DNA of 41,854 bases from Alphaproteobacteria bacterium. GTDB lineage: Bacteria; Pseudomonadota; Alphaproteobacteria; GCA-2731375. The notes under the pieces are model-generated. The model was given only the letters and a program-made list of their open reading frames with translations, did no database searches and had not been told where the DNA came from. Location: positions 1 to 41,854 of the forward strand of contig CBDDBZ010000009.1 of the NCBI GenBank assembly GCA_965225945.1, read 5' to 3'. This document shows, piece after piece, positions 35,723 to 41,854 of the stretch (position 1 is the first letter of the stretch; every line of letters starts with the position of its first letter). The translations under genes and the position numbers were made by a program.

Positions 35723-37006
35723 ATGCGGGTCGAGATCAACTATGGCAAGGGCAAGCTCCCGGTCGAGCTGCCGGAGGGACTGGACGTCACCGTGATCGCC
35801 AAGCGCGACATGCCGACGCTCGCCGATTCTCCGCGCGCGATCGAGGCCGCGCTCTCCGAGCCCGTGGGCGCGCCGCCCTTGGAACAGCTCGCCCGAGGTG
35901 CCCAAAGCGCCTGCATCCTGATCTGCGACATCACCCGGCCGGTGCCGAACGGGCTCTTCCTGGGGATCCTGATCCGCCGCCTGATCGCCGCCGGCATGCC
36001 GGCCGACGCCATCACCGTGCTGGTGGCGACCGGCCTGCATCGGCCGAACGAGGGCGAGGAACTTGCCGAACTGGTTGGCGATCCCTGGGTGCTGAACCAG
36101 GTGCGGGTGGAGAACCACTTCGCCACCGACGATTCCGCGCATGTCGATCTCGGCCGCACCTCGGGCCGGGGCACCGTGGTCCGCCTCGACCGCCGGCTGG
36201 TGGAGGCCGACCTGAAGATCGCCACCGGCCTGGTGGAGCCGCACTTCATGGCCGGCTATTCCGGCGGCCGCAAGGTGATCGCCCCCGGCGTCGCGCACAG
36301 CCAGACCATCACCACCTTCCACGCCGCCCGCTTCATGGAGCACGCCAACGCCGCCAACTGCGTGCTCGACGGCAATCCGCTGCACGAGGAGCAGTTGGAG
36401 ATCGTGCGCATGCTGGGCGGCGCGCTCGCCCTCAACACCGTGATCACCGAGGATCGCGAGCTCTGCTTCGTCAACTTCGGCGAGATCGTGGAGAGCCACC
36501 TCCTGGCGGTGGCGCATGCCCGCGAGCACGCCGAGGTGGAGGTGGCGGAGCGCTTTCCCACCATCCTCACCAGCGCCGCCGGCTATCCGCTCGACAAGAC
36601 CTACTATCAGACCGTGAAGGCCATGGTGGCGCCGATGGACATCCTCAGCCCCGGCGGCGACCTGATCATCGCGTCGGAGTGCGCCGAGGGCATGGGCTCA
36701 GCCCCCTATGTCGAGGCGCAGCGCCGCCTGGTCGCGGGCGGGCCGGAGCGCTTTCTGGAGGAAATCGAGGCCAAAGCCCATGCCGATATCGACGAGTGGC
36801 AGACCGAGATGCAGTTGAAGCCGATGCGCATCGGCACCATCCATCTCTATAGCGACGGCCTTGCGGGCGAGGACCGGGAGCTGACCGGCGTGGCCATGAC
36901 CGAGGACCTGAGCGCCACCATCGCCGCCGCCATCCAGCGGGCCGGCTGCCACCGCCTGGCGGTGATCCCCGAGGGCCCCTACGTGGTGCCGCGCATCGCG
37001 GAATAG
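35723..37006 (+). CDS. larA: Nickel-pincer-dependent lactate racemase (LarA) family protein
   Basis: DITRPVP, ATGLHR, NH, EPHFMAGYSGGRK...PGV, GYPLD..YYQ.VK, VIPEGPY. Confidence 0.85.
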   Translation: MRVEINYGKGKLPVELPEGLDVTVIAKRDMPTLADSPRAIEAALSEPVGAPPLEQLARGAQSACILICDITRPVPNGLFLGILIRRLIAAGMPADAITVLVATGLHRPNEGEELAELVGDPWVLNQVRVENHFATDDSAHVDLGRTSGRGTVVRLDRRLVEADLKIATGLVEPHFMAGYSGGRKVIAPGVAHSQTITTFHAARFMEHANAANCVLDGNPLHEEQLEIVRMLGGALALNTVITEDRELCFVNFGEIVESHLLAVAHAREHAEVEVAERFPTILTSAAGYPLDKTYYQTVKAMVAPMDILSPGGDLIIASECAEGMGSAPYVEAQRRLVAGGPERFLEEIEAKAHADIDEWQTEMQLKPMRIGTIHLYSDGLAGEDRELTGVAMTEDLSATIAAAIQRAGCHRLAVIPEGPYVVPRIAE

Positions 37007-37014
37007 GGGCGCGA

Positions 37015-38014
37015 CTACGAGCTCGGCGGCATCCGTTGGCGGACGGCGGTCCGCATCACGGCGACGGCGGCCAATAGCTCGTCCAACTCCCGCAGCAGCA
37101 CCGGCGCCTCCTTGGCGTCGATATCGCCGTCGTCGGCCAGGAACGCGCCCGCGTGGTTGAAGACGTCGCCCGCCTCCTTGCCGATGCTGGTCAGGTGCGC
37201 GAGCCATTCCCTCGCCACGTCCGGGGCCGGCAAGCGCAGCAGCAGGCAATCATGGGCGGCGGCGAGATGGCCGGTCACCGGCATCTCGCCGGCCGCGGCT
37301 TCCAGCGCCTCGACCACGTCGAGCGGCATATGCCGCGGGGTCGGGGTTGCCATATTCCTTGCGGTTATCACCCACACCCACGTAGTGTGTTGCATTGAGG
37401 AGGCGATCCGGCTAATTCCGACCGACCAGGTCGTACTTAACGAAACGGGAAGCCGGACATCGTCTGAGCGACGCCTAGTCGAAGAAAGCGCGCGGGTCGT
37501 CCGCGCCTGTTAGTCTCCTGCGCGTTTTGATGCAGCAGACGAAGACACGCAAGAACTGCCGGACGTATTGAGCGAACTTGAAAACCAGTTCACCGTCCGG
37601 CACTACGCAATTCAATGAAGCTCTGATTTCCTGGAATAAGGCAATGAAGTGACGGTCCTTTATGCAACGTGGCGTTTTGCCAAATCCGACTCAATGATTA
37701 GGATTTCCACCACGCTAAAGTGTCGCCTAAAAGGCGCTACAATGCCGTCCGAGTCCCTGCTCGGCATCGCCGGAGATATCTCCGCTTCGACCTGCACCGA
37801 GCTTTACTCAGGAAAATGGGTGCACACTACATATAGTGGGTGTGGGTGATAACCGGATAGGCAAGCCATATTCCGAGAGGGTCGACTTGGAAACCCGGCA
37901 CCGCGCCGCCGCGCGGGCCTCGCCGCCCGAGGCATGCAGCAGCGAGCGGACGGCGGACTTGGCGTCGACGTAGCTCTCGGGATGGAAGGAGTGGATGCGG
38001 CTCTTGGTGGTCAT
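37015..38014 (-). pseudogene. Phage-type regulatory protein (CII-like), split by a 506-bp insertion and frameshifted
   Basis: N-part MTTKSR...GGEARAAARCRVSKSTLSEYG (HTH) joins, after removing 37359-37864, to NPD/PRHMPLDVVEALEAAAG..PVT...KEAGDV....LADDGDID.KE, with one frame slip near 37340. Confidence 0.65.
37359..37864. mobile_element. 506-bp non-autonomous TIR element (MITE-like) with a 10-bp target site duplication
   Basis: Direct repeat gccatattcc at 37349-37358 and 37865-37874; perfect 20-bp inverted repeat cggttatcacccacacccac at 37362-37381/37836-37855; ttgc/gcaa termini; lower-GC interior with no convincing ORF. Confidence 0.88.
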
Positions 38015-38399
38015 CGGACGGGCCCCCGCCTGGTCCATGGACGGCATAGAACCTGGGCCAATCGCCCGGGGCTGGCAAGCCTGCCGCGCGCATCACCAGC
38101 CGAGGCCCCCACCATGGCCGGCATGCATGTCGTTCGGAGCGTCGTGAGCCAAATACGAAGGTGTCGCGGAGATCTCGTTGGAGGGCCCGTCGTGTCGCTC
38201 GCATGGTCGATTGTGTACAGGCCCCGACCAGACGAGACGGGTCGGTGCGTCGATCGGCGGAGCGTCGGGATTCAGGGATACCTTCCCCGTCAGGGCGAGG
38301 TGACCATTCGGCCCCGTCGCCAGCGCGCATAGATTCTCCTGTCCTTGGGCGCTAAGGCCAGGGAGGATTTCGATGGAGCGTCGTCAGCGCCGCCCACGG

Positions 38400-39965
38400 A
38401 AGCCGCTACTGTGGTCGGAAAACTATTCTGAATCGATGAGGAAGGCCAACAAGGCCCTGCGTGCCGATCTCATCGATCCCAGGACCTGAGCAACATGGGC
38501 TTGCTCGATCAAACTCATGGGCGACGGTATGCGCGGAGTTCGCGAGCGTCGTGGATGCTTTCATGACTGCCCGCAGGTAGCGTTAACCGAACACAGATGC
38601 GGACCTGCCGACAAACGGATCGTTCCGCGTGCATCCTGGGCGACGTGGTCGATGGTACCGACTTCCAGGGCGACGGGGCAACGTGGCGGCGCGTTTGGAG
38701 GGACTGGCGCGGCCCGGCATCTGAGCCGGTAGTGTCCACGCACGCGTGCGTCGACCTGGCGTTCGTTGATGAGTCATCGAGCGCATCGATCGCCGGCGCC
38801 CAACCCGGATAGGGGTGCTGTCCTGGCGAACCTGTGCCCCATGAAGGCCCTCTCCCCGCCAGGGCCTCAATAGCGGTGCTGACCGTTCGACACATGTCGG
38901 GCTCCGAATCAGGACGCTATTGCCGATGGACTCACCCGCGGCCATTATTACCGGCCTCGCGCTCAAGTGGCTCTTCGCAACGCCATCGAGCTTCGCGCTA
39001 CAAGGGTGAATCCGTGGACGTGAAGCAGGCCGTGCGTGAGCTGGGCGTGCCGACATTCCGAGGGGGCGTACGCAAGGCGTCGAGTCGCGTGCGTGTCCCG
39101 GTCAGCCATCGGAAACTGGCCCACGTCTGGGCCATCGTTACGACCGTACTCTTGGACGTCTTCGCGATCCGACGAGCTCACGATGAGCGTGGTCATCGAG
39201 CCGAGCTTGCGCCCGGAGATTGAGCGCGTCAAGCATGACAGTCTCGACGCCTATGACCTCGTGCTCCGGGCCATCCCGACGTCTATCCGGCGATGCTGGA
39301 CCGAAGGCGGTGCCGGCTCGGCCGCAAATCCGCTTCTTGAGAGTGCGCTCATACATGGAACCCGATTACGGCGCTGGCGCACGGTGCCTGGAGCCATGAT
39401 AGCCTGTTCGCGCGCCGACGCCGAGGAGAACCGCCTCGGGGCGACCCGCCATGCCCATGCGGCTGATCGCTCCTGCGCCGACGATCAGCGTTGCTCCGAC
39501 GGCTTTGCCGATCAGCTTGGTCCGCACGGATCGCGAACCGCGCGCAGGCCTCGAGGCGGCGCAGGTCAGTCCGTCATGCGCGCTTTCCTAACAAACTTCG
39601 GCAGCGTCGTGATGGTCCTTGCCGGTGATTACCGCAGCATCGAATGGGGCGAGCAAGCGCTCCGTTGATGGATCCGATGGACTACTCCGCATGGTTCGTC
39701 GCCTATCGCCATTTTCGTCGCGGCGATTACGAGGCGGCGGCCGATGCGGCGTATCAAGGTTTTCAGATTCGTCTATTGGAGCTCGGCGCACTTTCTGCTG
39801 GCGGCAACGCACTGCGAAGCTTCGGAAGCTCGACGCGGCTAAGTCCGCCGCCGAGCATGCGTCCTTGTGCTTCGGGCTTTACCATCAGCGGATTGTGCGC
39901 CGCTCGATATTCACGAATTGCTCGCCGTGCCCTTAAGCGAGCGCTTGGTGGGACTACCGCCATAA
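38400..39965 (+). pseudogene. Heavily eroded class III adenylate/guanylate cyclase-TolB-like-TPR gene
   Basis: Ordered fragments in shifting frames: KALRADLIDP, KLMGDG..AEFASVVDA, GDVV...FQGDG/NVAARLEGLARPG, LPARASIAVL, YKGESVDVKQAVRELGV, GGVRKA..RVRV, SLDAYDLVLRA, IEWGEQALR. Boundaries approximate. Confidence 0.8.
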
Positions 39966-40123
39966 ATTCTACGGCTGCGGCTTCATGCGTTTCAGGGCAA
40001 CGAACGAAACCGCTTTCAGCGGTAGTTCGTGGTGCCGGGCGGTGAGGTCGGTGGCGTAACGGATGGGTCGATCCTGTGTTGAGGTTTGGAGTTCCGAAGC
40101 TCACGCAACACGGGAGCAGACCC

Positions 40124-41029
40124 ATGACCGATAGTGACAAGACCATCAGCCCGCTGCGCCAGCGCATGATCGACGACATGGTGCTTCGCGGCTTCAGTGC
40201 CAACACGCAGCGCGGCTACATCAGTGCGGTGGCCGGCTTTTCCGACTTTCTCGCACGCTCTCCGGATCGGGCGGAGGCGGAGGATCTCAGGCGCTATCAA
40301 GTGCATATGCGCAAAGCAGGCGCATCGGCGACGACGATGAACGCGGCGGTCTCGGCATTGCGGTTCTTCTTCGGCGTCACGCTCGGCCGAGGCGACGCCG
40401 AGATCGGCATGACGACGGTGGCAATGCCGCGCAAGCTGCCGGTGATCCTGAGCGTCGAGGAAATGGCGCGGCTTCTCGATGCCGCCCCCGGTCCCAAATA
40501 CAAGGCGGCCTTTTCGCTGGCCTATGGCGCCGGCCTGCGCGCTTCGGAGGTGGTCCATCTCAAGGTCCCGGACATCGACAGCAACCGCAAGACGCTTCGC
40601 ATCGAGCAAGGTAAGGGCCGCCGAGATCGCTACGCCATGCTCTCGGATCGCGCCGTCGAGCAGCTCAGGGTCTGGTGGTTGCTTGGCCGCGCCCGCGGCG
40701 TGATGCTGCCCGGCGGTTGGCTGTTTCCAGGCCAGAACCCGGTCAACCCGTTGACCACCCGCCAGCTCCGTCGCGCCCTCGATGGCGCCAAGGCGGGGGC
40801 GGGGATCGAGAAGCGGATCTCGCTTCACACGCTGCGCCACTGCTTCGCCACCCATCTCCTCGAACAGGGCGTCGACATCCGCGTGATCCAGGTTCTACTG
40901 GGGCACAAGAAGCTGGAGACCACGGCTCACTACACCCAGGTCGCCAGCACCACCTTGCGGCGCGCCAAGAGCCCACTGGACCTGCTCGAGCCGCCGACGC
41001 CCAAGACCAAGGGCAAGCCGCCGAAGTGA
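40124..41029 (+). CDS. Tyrosine recombinase/integrase, copy 2
   Basis: Same protein as 32195-33100 except M>T (ASAM/TTMN) and R>G (KTKR/GKPPK). Confidence 0.95.
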   Translation: MTDSDKTISPLRQRMIDDMVLRGFSANTQRGYISAVAGFSDFLARSPDRAEAEDLRRYQVHMRKAGASATTMNAAVSALRFFFGVTLGRGDAEIGMTTVAMPRKLPVILSVEEMARLLDAAPGPKYKAAFSLAYGAGLRASEVVHLKVPDIDSNRKTLRIEQGKGRRDRYAMLSDRAVEQLRVWWLLGRARGVMLPGGWLFPGQNPVNPLTTRQLRRALDGAKAGAGIEKRISLHTLRHCFATHLLEQGVDIRVIQVLLGHKKLETTAHYTQVASTTLRRAKSPLDLLEPPTPKTKGKPPK

Positions 41030-41042
41030 GCCGGCGGCCTCG

Positions 41043-41759
41043 GTGCCGCGTCCCGCGCTCGAGGTCCAGGACATCTTCCGCGACCACGGGCCCGGCTTCC
41101 GTCGGGCCCGGGCCGGTCGTCTGAGCCTCGGCCAACTGAAGGTCATGTCGGCGATCGAGTGTTGCCGCACCGCCGCGCTCGGCGGTCATGTCGCGGCCTG
41201 CGAGGACTGCGGGCAGAACCACATCGCCTACAATTCCTGTCGCAACCGCCATTGTCCCAAATGCCAAGGCCAGGTCGCGCGCGAATGGCTGGCGGCGCGA
41301 GAGGCCGAACTGCTCTCCGTCCCCTACTACCATCTCGTCTTCACCCTGCCAGCGGCGATCGCCGACATCGCCTATCAGAACAAGTCGGTGATCTACGATA
41401 TCCTGTTCAAGGCGAGCGCCGAGACCATGCTCACCATCGCCGCCGATCCCAAGCATCTCGGCGCCAAGATCGGCATCACCGCCGTGCTCCACACCTGGGG
41501 CTCGGCCATGACCCACCATCCCCACATCCACATGATCGTGCCGGGTGGCGGAATCTCACCTGACGGTAGCAGTTGGATCTCTTGCCGGCCCGGCTTCTTC
41601 CTGCCCGTCCGCGTGCTCTCGCGCCTCTTCCGCCGCCTCTTCATCGAGAAGCTCCTCGCCGCCCACGAGGCAGGGCGCCTGAAGTTCTTCACCGACCACA
41701 CCAGCCTCGCCGAGCCGGCGGCCTTCCGTGTCTTCCTCGCACCGATGCGCAAACAAGAA
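41043..41759 (+). pseudogene. IS91-family transposase, copy 2, interrupted before the Y2 motif
   Basis: Matches copy 1 up to APMRKQE, then reads into foreign sequence (stop at 41795). Confidence 0.9.
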
Positions 41760-41854
41760 CCTGATTACGCACTTTACTCAGCCGGATTAATGTGATACAA
41801 ATCGTGAACATTTGGTGGTTTTACAGGAGATTCACGATGCCACGCAACAAGGTT
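41760..41854 (+). mobile_element. Left end of a second IS1595-family IS (continues beyond the window)
   Basis: Begins CCTGATT at the breakpoint; AT-rich leader; AGGAG RBS and ATG 41837 giving MPRNKV, similar to M.RNKVQFQ.G transposase N-termini. Confidence 0.7.

Larger units (their letters stand above)
40002..41759 (+). mobile_element. Tyrosine recombinase + IS91-family element, copy 2 (intact GAAC left end; transposase interrupted)
   Basis: Starts gaacgaaaccgctttcagcggt; identity with copy 1 stops abruptly at 41759. Confidence 0.9.

Noticed and set aside
38015-38400. Prophage continuing upstream of the CII-like gene
   Set aside because: No recognisable repressor, replication or structural phage genes in the translations.

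Overview
GC-rich chromosomal window, probably alphaproteobacterial (TipF-like EAL protein, HpnN/HpnM, zf-CHCC, MeaB, gfa). It holds catabolic and envelope genes broken up by mobile DNA and gene decay. Mobile content: a complete IS1595-family IS (906-1930), an IS256 stub, a serine-recombinase stub with a tRNA-Met-derived att core, a complete IS21 (10847-13391), a class C group II intron (30134-32073), two near-identical copies of a tyrosine recombinase + IS91-type (HUH/Y2) transposase element, a 506-bp non-coding TIR element with a 10-bp target duplication, and the start of a second IS1595-family IS at the right edge. The strongest observation concerns the recombinase-IS91 element. It runs from GAAC plus a small hairpin on the left to a 25-bp-stem hairpin ending in TAAC on the right, and the group II intron sits exactly inside the left GAAC of copy 1; removing it restores the end seen in copy 2. 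Also notable: an old tandem duplication of a PhyH-leader-deaminase unit that left an in-frame deaminase/PhyH chimera, a 148-nt branched palindrome downstream of an orphan promoter-like sequence, and a candidate N-heterocycle catabolic operon. Product calls come from motif recognition by eye; no database searches were run.
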